64,000 nt of DNA, from positions 160,001-224,000 of the forward strand of contig JAVKHQ010000001.1 of the NCBI GenBank assembly GCA_031459875.1, read 5' to 3'. The stretch comes from Candidatus Fervidifonticultor sextus. GTDB taxonomy: Bacteria; Sysuimicrobiota; Sysuimicrobiia; Sysuimicrobiales; Humicultoraceae. Under the pieces are notes generated by a model, which was not told the origin of the DNA, did not search any database, and worked only from the letters and a program-made list of their open reading frames with translations. Below are positions 19,106 to 26,971 of this stretch, piece after piece. Position 1 is the stretch's first letter; every line of letters begins with the position of its first letter. The translations under genes were made by a program, and so were the position numbers.

Positions 19106-20659
19106 TCAGGGCGGATGATCGCGCTCCAGAAGAATCAGCACCGCCATGTTCACCACCTCCCGGCGCGCCACCCGGTACGACCGCCGGTCCAGAGCCCCCA
19201 TAAGGCTCCCGACCGCCTGCGGTACCGGCGGGACTGTCAGGACCCAGACCCTGGAATGGCCGGCCAGCGTGTCGACCACCGCCGGCAGGCGCACGCCGTT
19301 GGGACCCTCGACATCATCCCCTTCGGGGGTCAGGGTCATCCGAAAGTGCGGTCCGCGGAAGTAGTAGTCGACCGGAATGCGGGAAAACCCGGGCAGGAAG
19401 ACGATGGCATCGTCATCCCGCGCGTGCGCAGCCAGCGTGCGCGAGATCAACCGCCAGTCGAAGACGTCCAGCCGGGGCTGGCGGTAGAAGGCCACGGTCC
19501 CGATCGCGTTGGGCATGACGACCAGGGCCGCCAGGATCACGCCGGCGGCCCTCAACCGGCGGTGCGGGCCGGCGATCAGCGACGCGGCTCCCGCCGCGAC
19601 CAGCAGCGCCACAGCAGGCACGATGAAGAGCAGGTACCGCGGGGCGTACACGTTCAGCCCGAGGGAGACCGCGAATGCCACTACCGGCGGGCCAATGGCG
19701 GCGGCGAGCAGCAGGGCGACGGTCCGTCGGGGGATCGCAAGGTTGCGCACGGCCGCGGCGGCCAGCGCCACCGCCGCCGCCATGCCGAGGGCCGCCGGCC
19801 AGGAGGTGCCGACGGTCTGGATGGTCGAAAGCCGCGGGCCGAGCACCGGACGCCCCACGGTCATCGCCGCCAGCGTGTCGGGTAGTGTGGCAACCGACAG
19901 CGGGACCCGGTGCGCCGGCCAGGCCCGCCCGCCCGCCAGTTGCTGCGCCAACAGCGGCCCCCAGGGCAGAAACACCAGCGCGACCCCGCACCAGGCAAAC
20001 AGCGCCCGGCGCCATACGCCCGGATCCGGTCGCCACCAGATCAGGTAGCCGATCTGCGAGATCACCACGAGAAACCCATAGTAGTGGCTGTAGAGCATCA
20101 CCGCCGTGGCGGCCGCGTAGGCCGCCCAGAGGCGGCGGGCAGAGGTCGCGGCCCCGTCGTGTCGCGCTCCGGCCACCCCGAGAGCGGCCCACAGCGCCCA
20201 CCACGACCCCACGGCCGCCAGCGTGAGCAGGCCGTACATCCGGGCCTCCTGCGCCGCCGCCACCTGCGAGGGAGCCAGCGCCACCAGGGCGGCCGCGAGG
20301 AGCGCGGGGGCCGGCCCGAGCAGGCGCCGCCCGAATACCCAGGTGAGGAGGACGACCGGTGCACCGAGGACTACCGAGAGACTCCGGACCGCCGTCTCCC
20401 CGTCCCCGAAGAGGCCCATCCAGGCGTGCAACAGAAGGTAGTAGAGCGGCGGATGGGGGTCGTTGGCCGCGATGATCAGGAGCGCGCGGGCCACCGGCAT
20501 GGAGGCGAAGAAGACGCTGACGGTCTCGTCGAACCAGAGGGCCTTGGCATCCAGCGCCACCACCCGCAGCACGACCGCCAGGACGACCAGCACCAGTCCA
20601 GCCGCCCTCCAGGTCACGCCGGATGCCTGCGCGCCCCCGCCGACGCCCGTCCCACTCAT
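19106..20659 (-). CDS. GT39/PMT_2-family membrane glycosyltransferase (candidate pilin glycosyltransferase 2)
   Basis: ALWFDE, DPHPPLYY, EARMY, YAPRYLLF, FDWR; directly downstream of pilin 2. Confidence 0.85.
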   Translation of the reverse strand: MSGTGVGGGAQASGVTWRAAGLVLVVLAVVLRVVALDAKALWFDETVSVFFASMPVARALLIIAANDPHPPLYYLLLHAWMGLFGDGETAVRSLSVVLGAPVVLLTWVFGRRLLGPAPALLAAALVALAPSQVAAAQEARMYGLLTLAAVGSWWALWAALGVAGARHDGAATSARRLWAAYAAATAVMLYSHYYGFLVVISQIGYLIWWRPDPGVWRRALFAWCGVALVFLPWGPLLAQQLAGGRAWPAHRVPLSVATLPDTLAAMTVGRPVLGPRLSTIQTVGTSWPAALGMAAAVALAAAAVRNLAIPRRTVALLLAAAIGPPVVAFAVSLGLNVYAPRYLLFIVPAVALLVAAGAASLIAGPHRRLRAAGVILAALVVMPNAIGTVAFYRQPRLDVFDWRLISRTLAAHARDDDAIVFLPGFSRIPVDYYFRGPHFRMTLTPEGDDVEGPNGVRLPAVVDTLAGHSRVWVLTVPPVPQAVGSLMGALDRRSYRVARREVVNMAVLILLERDHPP

Positions 20660-20792
20660 CTCAGGCTCACTATACCCTGGGCAGCCGATCATGGGCAGAG
20701 GCCCGGCCGCAGTCAGGGGCACGCGGTGGCGAGGCAGAGGGTGTAGAGGTGGAATCCGCGGGGCACCGACCAGTCCGCTGTCAGGCCGGGGC

Positions 20793-21245
20793 CTACGGCA
20801 GGACCTGCACGCGGGTTGAGGAGCCGTCGCTTCGGAGCGTCAGCGTGACGGTGGCGGCCCCGGACGCGCCCAGGAAGCTGCACCGGGACGGCCCACCGCC
20901 CGGGTCGCCCTGCGCCTGGAGCTGAATCTCCGTCGCCGTGCCGGCGGCCGCCAGGGTGAAGTTCCAGCAGTTTCCGCCCGGTTCCTGAAATCCAAACGTG
21001 GCGGCGAAGTTCGCCGAGGTGAGGCCGACCCAGGTGCCGTACTGCTGGTAGTACGCCCACGCCATGGTCTTGAGTTCCTGGAGCGTGTTGTCCGCTTCGG
21101 GCAAGAGGCTGTTTCGACCGCTGGCGGCGTACCGGGGGATCGCCAGGGCCAGCAGGATGCCCAGAATGGCCATCACGACCACCAGTTCGACCAACGTGAA
21201 TCCGCGGCTGCCGACAGACCGTCGCCTGCGCAGCTGGGGCCCCAT
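20793..21245 (-). CDS. type IV pilin (paralog 2)
   Basis: Class III signal peptide RG|FTLVELVVVMAILGILLALAIP; two C-terminal Cys. Confidence 0.92.
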   Translation of the reverse strand: MGPQLRRRRSVGSRGFTLVELVVVMAILGILLALAIPRYAASGRNSLLPEADNTLQELKTMAWAYYQQYGTWVGLTSANFAATFGFQEPGGNCWNFTLAAAGTATEIQLQAQGDPGGGPSRCSFLGASGAATVTLTLRSDGSSTRVQVLP

Positions 21246-21298
21246 CGTCTCGCGTCACGCTCCTCGGGAAGATTCAACGGCACCTGCCATCATATCCC

Positions 21299-21325
21299 AT
21301 GCCCACACGGGGCCGCCGTCCAGAC
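21299..21325 (-). promoter_or_regulatory. putative SigB/SigF-type promoter GTCTGG-N15-GGGCAT
   Basis: Motif with a 15-nt spacer, about 55 nt upstream of pilin 2. Confidence 0.5.
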
Positions 21326-21351
21326 GCCTGCGGGGTTCCCCCGGCGCCTGA

Positions 21352-23007
21352 TCACAGGGTCGGCCTCGAGCTTTGGTGGCGCGTCAGCCTGAACACGGTG
21401 ACGCCGTTGAAATCGGCCACGGCCCGGAAATCGTAGATGTCCTTCAACAGGCCGCGGAGCCTCTCCATCGCCGCGCCGGGCAACGGCTGCGTCGTCACCA
21501 GCCACATCACTTCGTGTTGCGCCGCATACGAGCGGAGGATCTCCAGGTTCCGCTCCACGAGGGCCGGATCCGGGCGGATCTCCGCCTGAATCCGCCCGTA
21601 GAACTCCTGGGGGGTCATGTGTTCGACCCGCTGCGACCCCTTGAAGTAGTAGGCAAGCGCAATGCGCCCGAAACTGGGAAAGGCCACGATGAGGTCGTCC
21701 GGTCCTGCCTGCCTTGACAGCAACGCGGCGGCCCGACGCCAGTCGAACCGGGCGTATTGGGGATTCGTATAGACCTCATGCAGGGTCCAGGCGTTGATCC
21801 CGAGGTAGGCCAGCACCAGCACCAGCAGGCCCGCCCGCCGCGAGGGGACCGGCAGCCACGCGCTCAGCCGAAGCATCCCGAAGGCGACCAGCAGCGCAAA
21901 GGCCGGGAAGGCGAAGGAGAAGTAGCGCGGGTAGAAGACGTTGAACCGCAGCGAGAAGACGAACGCCACCACGACCGGCACGCCGAGATAGCCGGCCAGG
22001 AGCCAGAAGGTGCGGGGGCGCCGCCAGACCGCCGCCGATCCGAGCGCGAGGAGCCCGAGGAACGGCAGCAGGACCATCAGTTGCCTGGTCACCGTCGCCG
22101 TCCCCAGGCTGAAGTAGTCCGCAAAGCCGAAGAGGTGCCCGCCGAAGCTGAACAGGCCGACCAGGCCGGTCAGCATGCCCACGCCGACCGGTGGCCGGAA
22201 GAACGGCCAGCCCCTGCCCGAGGCCAGCGTGGCGAAGAACTCGTCCAGCCACGGCGCGAACAGGACGACGGCGGCCAGCAAACTGACCAGCCACGCCTGG
22301 CGCCGGCGGGGCGCGGCGACGAGCACGAACACCGCCTGGCCCGCCAGGGTCAAGAGCGCAAAGTAGTGCGTGTAGAGCGCCAGCACCGTGGCGGCGACGT
22401 AGAGGGGCCACGCCCGCCGGTTCCCCTCCGCCGCGCCGAGCAGCGCCGACCACGAGACCACCGTCAGGAACCCGAGCAGCGGGTACATGCGGGCCTCCTG
22501 CGCCGCGAGGACCTGGAGGGGCGCGATCGCCGCGAGGAACGCCGCCACCCCGCCGACCCACGGGCCGCCCAGCCGCCGGCCCAGCCACCAGGTCGCCCCG
22601 ACGGTCAGGCTGCTCGCGGCGGCACCGAGGGACCGCAGCGCGGCTTCGCCCGTGCCGAAGAGCCGGATCCACACCGAGAGCAGGACGTAGTAGAGCGGCG
22701 GGTGCACATCGTCGGCGGCGGCGAACGCGACGACGTCCTGCAGCGGCCGGGCGGCGGCGAAGAAGGCGTAGGCTTCGTCGAACCAGAGGCTCTTGGCCCC
22801 GATGGACGCGAACCGGAACACCGCGGCCAGCAGCACGCACGCCGCCGCGGGCCCCCAGGCCCGCCAGATGCCGGCCGCGGACCCGGCCAGCCCCCGGGCC
22901 TCGCGGGGTTGCACCAGACCGGCGGTCGCCTCCGCAGCACGCCCTCCGCGCCGGTCCGAAAAGGGGAAGTGGCCCCCAGTCGGGCCACTTCCCGCCTGCG
23001 CGTTCAC
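21352..23007 (-). CDS. GT39/PMT_2-family membrane glycosyltransferase (candidate pilin glycosyltransferase 1)
   Basis: SLWFDE, DVHPPLYY, EARMY, FYPRYF, FDWR; paralog of 19106-20659; starts about 20 nt after pilin 1. True start may be further downstream. Confidence 0.85.
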   Translation of the reverse strand: MNAQAGSGPTGGHFPFSDRRGGRAAEATAGLVQPREARGLAGSAAGIWRAWGPAAACVLLAAVFRFASIGAKSLWFDEAYAFFAAARPLQDVVAFAAADDVHPPLYYVLLSVWIRLFGTGEAALRSLGAAASSLTVGATWWLGRRLGGPWVGGVAAFLAAIAPLQVLAAQEARMYPLLGFLTVVSWSALLGAAEGNRRAWPLYVAATVLALYTHYFALLTLAGQAVFVLVAAPRRRQAWLVSLLAAVVLFAPWLDEFFATLASGRGWPFFRPPVGVGMLTGLVGLFSFGGHLFGFADYFSLGTATVTRQLMVLLPFLGLLALGSAAVWRRPRTFWLLAGYLGVPVVVAFVFSLRFNVFYPRYFSFAFPAFALLVAFGMLRLSAWLPVPSRRAGLLVLVLAYLGINAWTLHEVYTNPQYARFDWRRAAALLSRQAGPDDLIVAFPSFGRIALAYYFKGSQRVEHMTPQEFYGRIQAEIRPDPALVERNLEILRSYAAQHEVMWLVTTQPLPGAAMERLRGLLKDIYDFRAVADFNGVTVFRLTRHQSSRPTL

Positions 23008-23026
23008 GTCCTTCGAGCGGCCAGGT

Positions 23027-23473
23027 CTAGGGGACGACCTGCGACCGCGAAGACGACCCGTCCCCGCTCAGGGTCAGCGTGATGCTGGACCCGCTGGCAA
23101 GCACGCCACAAATGGATCGGGCGCCTGTGGCCGGCGTCTGGGCCCGAAGCTGGATATCCGTCGCCGAGCCGGCGGCAGCCAACGTGTAGTCCCAGCATCC
23201 ACCGCTCGGCGCCGTGAAGCCGAAGGCCGAGGCGAAGTTCCCCGCGCTCAGGCCGACCCAGGTGCCGTACTGCTGGTAGTAGGCCCACGCCAGCGTCTTG
23301 AGTTCCTGCAGCACGTTGTCGCCCTCCGCGATGAGGGAGCTCTTGCGCGCCCCCAGGTAGCGCGGCACCGCCAGCGCGATCAGGATGCCGAGGATGGCGA
23401 GCACGACGACCAGCTCGATGAGCGTGAAGCCGCCCTCGCGCCTCCGCTGTCTGTTCCACCAGAATCTCAGCAC
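23027..23473 (-). CDS. pilA: type IV pilin (probable major pilin, paralog 1)
   Basis: AAGGAGG RBS then GTG; GG|FTLIELVVVLAILGILIALAVPRY; two Cys. Confidence 0.9.
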   Translation of the reverse strand: MLRFWWNRQRRREGGFTLIELVVVLAILGILIALAVPRYLGARKSSLIAEGDNVLQELKTLAWAYYQQYGTWVGLSAGNFASAFGFTAPSGGCWDYTLAAAGSATDIQLRAQTPATGARSICGVLASGSSITLTLSGDGSSSRSQVVP

Positions 23474-23641
23474 TGCGAATCCCTCCTTCACACCGACTGC
23501 GTGATCCTCTATCACGAAACGATCAGACCAGGGTCTTCCTCTCTCCGGCTCTCGTTCCCGACCATCCCACCTCCCGACGCCCGACATCCCCATCGGTCGC
23601 GCCGCGCGCCGCGCCCGGTGCGACCCGGCTCACGGTTCTCT

Positions 23642-23667
23642 ATGCCCACTCCGCGCGCAACCTAGAC
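23642..23667 (-). promoter_or_regulatory. putative SigB/SigF-type promoter GTCTAG-N14-GGGCAT
   Basis: Strong motif match about 170 nt upstream of pilin 1. Confidence 0.6.
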
Positions 23668-23959
23668 ACCGCCAGGAGGTGACCGTCGCGCGTTCCACCA
23701 GACCCCGCGTGATGCGCGCGAGCCGGTGTCCGGAGGCTCCTGTGGTTCTGCACGGCACACCACCCTTCCTCCTCCAGGGAACTGTTGCGGAACCTGCGCG
23801 GACCTTCCCCTCATGGATGGCACCTCTCCCGGCCCGGCAATTGCGCCCGGGCAGCCGATGCCATGGTTGCGGAGACCGGTCGCGCCTGAGGGGCGAGGGA
23901 GCCGGCAGACTGGCGCGGTGCCGACCCCTCGGGTATGATCCGTTCGAGGAGGGCCACCC

Positions 23960-24328
23960 ATGGCGATGGACTCGGTGGATGTCCGGCTGGCGCGGCTCGA
24001 GGGCAGCGACCAGCAGATCGACAGGCGGCTGGGATCCATCGAGGACCGGCTGGGGCGGCTGGAGACCAAAGTGGATGCGGCGGTCGACCGGCTCGACGCG
24101 AAGATCGATGCTCAGGGCCACACGCTCAGCGCCCGCCTCGACGCTCTGGGTACCACCTTCAGTGCCCGCCTCGACGCTCAGGGCAACGCCCTGGGTGCCC
24201 GCCTCGATGCTCAGGGCAACGCCCTGAGTGCCCGCCTCGATGGGCTCGGCGGCCGCGTGCACGCCCTGCTCTACGGCATCATCGTGGCCATCCTGGTGCC
24301 GAGCCTGATCCGGATCTTCTTCCCGTAG
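23960..24328 (+). CDS. small coiled-coil protein with 11-aa repeats and C-terminal TM anchor (Bdr/DUF1640-like architecture)
   Basis: GAGGAGG RBS; ARLDAQGNALS repeats; hydrophobic C-terminus LLYGIIVAILVPSLIRIFF. Confidence 0.75.
   Translation: MAMDSVDVRLARLEGSDQQIDRRLGSIEDRLGRLETKVDAAVDRLDAKIDAQGHTLSARLDALGTTFSARLDAQGNALGARLDAQGNALSARLDGLGGRVHALLYGIIVAILVPSLIRIFFP
24131..24242 (+). repeat. in-frame 33-nt tandem repeat (about 3.4 copies)
   Basis: gcccgcctcga(c/t)gctcagggcaacgccctg(a/g)gt-like units at 24131, 24164, 24197 and 24230. Confidence 0.85.
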
Positions 24329-24330
24329 TT

Positions 24331-24750
24331 TCAAGACTGCGCGGCGGGGTGGCGGACCGGGTACCCGTGTGCGGCGGCATTCCGGATAAAGCGCTCGTCC
24401 AGCGTGTAGAGGGGACACCCTTCACTCAGGGCCAGCGCCAGATATGCTGCGTCCTGGGTGCGCGAGACCCCAAGGGCTCGGGCCAGGTGTAGCGACCTGA
24501 CGTGGAGGTCCCTGGGGGTGCGCAGCGTGACGCGCAGGCGGAGCGCCTCGGCCAACGCCACCTCGGCGTCCTCGGCCAGGACCTGTCCGCCGGCTTCGAG
24601 CCGTCGGATGGCCGTGGTCAGCTCGAAGGGCAGCAGGTGAGGGGCGAGGGCTTCGGTGAGCCCGCGCATCCATGCGCGCACTTCAGCATGATCGGGCCCT
24701 CCAGGCAGGACGGCCCGCACCAGCACGGAGGCATCGAGGACGGCCCTCAC
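24331..24750 (-). CDS. vapC: PIN-domain toxin (VapC family)
   Basis: AVLDASVLV...APHLLPFE...QDAAYLALA...LYTLDERF. Confidence 0.9.
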   Translation of the reverse strand: MRAVLDASVLVRAVLPGGPDHAEVRAWMRGLTEALAPHLLPFELTTAIRRLEAGGQVLAEDAEVALAEALRLRVTLRTPRDLHVRSLHLARALGVSRTQDAAYLALALSEGCPLYTLDERFIRNAAAHGYPVRHPAAQS

Positions 24751-24759
24751 AGCCCCTGC

Positions 24760-25068
24760 TCAGGATCGCCGCGGACGGCGTCCGGACCGTTCGTCCCGCG
24801 TCGCCGTGATGGCATCCACGAGAGCGTGCGTCGCGACCGATGCCCCGGTCGCGGCCAGCCGGGCAATGGTGGGGCCTGTGGCCTCGATCCACGCGCGCGG
24901 AGGCAGCGTGCCCTCATGGGCGCCCGCATCCTCGAGAAACCGCCTGACGGCCTCGCGCACGATCGCACTCATTCCCGGGGCCACCGGAAACGCCTTTCGG
25001 TACTCGGTGAGGTCTCGGTGGAGATCCCCACCAAGGTATATCGTCGCCTCCGGGCGACGCTTTCGCAT
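24760..25068 (-). CDS. RHH-type antitoxin (putative)
   Basis: ATIYL...MSAIVREAVRRFL; immediately upstream of vapC. Confidence 0.65.
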   Translation of the reverse strand: MRKRRPEATIYLGGDLHRDLTEYRKAFPVAPGMSAIVREAVRRFLEDAGAHEGTLPPRAWIEATGPTIARLAATGASVATHALVDAITATRDERSGRRPRRS

Positions 25069-25174
25069 CGGGCACCACTCAGGGTGGATTCTACCAGATA
25101 CGTGGGATACATGGGAACCGTGGCCTTCCGAGACGATACACCCAGGGGACCGGGCCCCCGTGTGCGGCAGCGGT

Positions 25175-25225
25175 GTTCGGATGGTAGCATGGTTCGGATG
25201 GTAGCATGGTTCGGATGGTAGCATG
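25175..25225 (+). repeat. three perfect tandem copies of the 17-mer GTTCGGATGGTAGCATG (intergenic)
   Basis: Copies at 25175, 25192 and 25209; ends 14 nt before the MNT ATG. Confidence 0.95.
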
Positions 25226-25239
25226 ACCGGGGGTGGCGC

Positions 25240-25659
25240 ATGGACCTGACAGCCCAGCAGGCCGAAAGGCTGGCCCAGGTTGCGGCGCGGTTCGGGCTGC
25301 GGCTCATCGTGGCCTTCGGCTCGCGGGCCACGCGGCGCGTCCACGCGGGCAGCGACCTCGACCTGGCCATCCTGCCGGCTCCGGGCCGGGAGATCGGATT
25401 CCGTGAGCTCGCCGACCTGCTCGCGGACCTCTTTGCCATCTTCCCGGATGCGGACGTCGACCTCGCCCTCATCCCCCACGCCGACCCGCTGTTCCTCAAG
25501 AAGATCTTCGAGACGGGGGTGCTGCTCTACGGGGACGCGGTGGAGTTCCGGCGCTACCGCGTCTACGCCTTCCGGCGGTACAGCGAGTACCTCCCGTACC
25601 TGCGGCTGGAGGAAGCGGCCACCAGGGCGCTGGTGAGGCGGCTTTGCCATGCCGATTGA
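25240..25659 (+). CDS. mntA: minimal nucleotidyltransferase antitoxin (MntA-like, type VII TA)
   Basis: FGSRATRRVHAGSDLDLA (GSx10DxD). Confidence 0.88.
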   Translation: MDLTAQQAERLAQVAARFGLRLIVAFGSRATRRVHAGSDLDLAILPAPGREIGFRELADLLADLFAIFPDADVDLALIPHADPLFLKKIFETGVLLYGDAVEFRRYRVYAFRRYSEYLPYLRLEEAATRALVRRLCHAD

Positions 25660-26077
25660 TCGGGAGGTCCTCGTCCGGAAGAGCACCCTCATCGCCGAGG
25701 ACCTGGTGCGCCTCCGGTCGTTCGCCAACCTTCCCGTTGAAAACTACCTGTCCCGCCTGGACGCCCAGTTGGCCACGGAACGCCTGCTGGAGCGCATGAT
25801 CGGCCGGATGCTGGATGTCAACTACCACATTGCGGTGGAACTCGGCGGCGTCGCGCCGAAGGACTTCTTCGAGTCATTCCTCAAGATGGCCGAGCTGGGT
25901 GTCCTCCCGTCGGAGTTCGCCAGGCGGATCGCGCAGGCGGCGGGGCTACGGAACCGGCTGGCCCATGAGTACAACGAGATCGATCCGCGCCAGGTCCACC
26001 AGGCGGCGGGCCGGGCGCTGGCGGACATCCCCATCTACCTCGACCACCTGCAGCGGTTTCTCGACGCCATCCGCTGA
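25649..26077 (+). CDS. hepT: HEPN/DUF86 RNase toxin (HepT-like)
   Basis: GLRNRLAHEYNEID (Rx4HxY); overlaps the MNT gene. Confidence 0.9.
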   Translation: MPIDREVLVRKSTLIAEDLVRLRSFANLPVENYLSRLDAQLATERLLERMIGRMLDVNYHIAVELGGVAPKDFFESFLKMAELGVLPSEFARRIAQAAGLRNRLAHEYNEIDPRQVHQAAGRALADIPIYLDHLQRFLDAIR

Positions 26078-26245
26078 GGAGCACAAATTCAGACGCCGGC
26101 GGAATCCTGGCCGTCCGATCGAGGCCCGAAACCCGTCTCCGGGGCAGCCGATGGACTGTCTGGGCGGGAGAAGATCAGGCCGCCTGCAGCAATTTGACAG
26201 CGGCCTGGCACATTTATACGATCGGGGAGCAGGAGGTCCGATCCG

Positions 26246-26956
26246 ATGGCGCGTGAGGCGCGCATAGACCGCCTGGAGGCGGCGCTTATCCGGGTCGCCG
26301 AGGCGCAGGCGCGGGCCGATGAGCGCACGGCGCGGCTGGAGGAGTTCCAGGCGCGCACGGAAGAGCGTCTGGCCCGGCTGGAGCAGGCCATGCTCCGGGC
26401 CGAGGAGCGCCTGGCCCGCCTCGAGGACGCCGTGGCCGCCCTGGCCGCCGCCCAGACCCGCACCGAGGAGCGCCTGGCCCGCCTCGAGGACGCCGTGGCC
26501 GCCCTGGCCGCCGCCCAGACCCGCACCGAGGAGCGCCTCGGCCGCCAGGAGGAGGCACTGCTCGCCCTCACGCAGGCGGTCGGCCGGTGGACGGAGCTGT
26601 TCGGGTTCACGCTCGAGGACCTGGCGCGGGAGGTCGCTCCGGCCTACCTGGCCCAGCACTTCGGCATCCGCGTCGAGGCGCTCGACCGCCGCTTCTTCCG
26701 GCTCGACGGCCAGGAAATCGAGGTGGACCTGTACGGAGAGGGTCGGCGCGACGGCGAGGCCGTTGCGGTGGTCGGTGAGGTCCGGAGCCGCATCTACGGG
26801 CGCGACGTCGAAGCCGCCTTCAGGCAGGCAGAACGTCTGGCGCCGCAACTGCCCGGGGCCCCGGTGGCGGTCCTCTTCGGGTTCGTGATTCACCCCTCGG
26901 CCCGGGAAGCGGCCGCCCGGCTGGGGGCTGTCGTCATCTCCTCGTCAGGGCGATAG
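26246..26956 (+). CDS. coiled-coil repeat protein with C-terminal PD-(D/E)XK-like domain
   Basis: AGGAGG RBS; RTEERLARLE repeats; EIEVDLYG...VVGEVRSRI. Confidence 0.72.
   Translation: MAREARIDRLEAALIRVAEAQARADERTARLEEFQARTEERLARLEQAMLRAEERLARLEDAVAALAAAQTRTEERLARLEDAVAALAAAQTRTEERLGRQEEALLALTQAVGRWTELFGFTLEDLAREVAPAYLAQHFGIRVEALDRRFFRLDGQEIEVDLYGEGRRDGEAVAVVGEVRSRIYGRDVEAAFRQAERLAPQLPGAPVAVLFGFVIHPSAREAAARLGAVVISSSGR
26400..26538 (+). repeat. in-frame 63-nt tandem repeat (about 2.2 copies)
   Basis: ccgaggagcgcctggcccgcctcgaggacgccgtgg... at 26400 and 26463, partial copy at 26526. Confidence 0.9.
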
Positions 26957-26971
26957 GGTGCCTACCGAAGC

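Noticed and set aside
20793..23473. Pilin antigenic variation by silent cassettes, a diversity-generating retroelement or an invertible shufflon
   Set aside because: Both pilins are full length with their own signal peptides and promoters. No reverse transcriptase, recombinase or inverted recombination sites were seen.
23630..23790. Small minus-strand ORF after a GGAGGAGG sequence upstream of pilin 1
   Set aside because: Several frames give about 40-aa peptides with no recognisable features, and the region overlaps the predicted pilin promoter.
23850..23880. Sigma-54 promoter upstream of the pilin (TGGCA-like)
   Set aside because: The GG-N10-GC spacing is not satisfied.
25175..25225. Possible CRISPR array
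   Set aside because: The repeats are directly adjacent with no spacers, only 17 nt long, and there are no cas genes. The repeats at 16.9, 24.1 and 26.4 kb are in-frame coding repeats.
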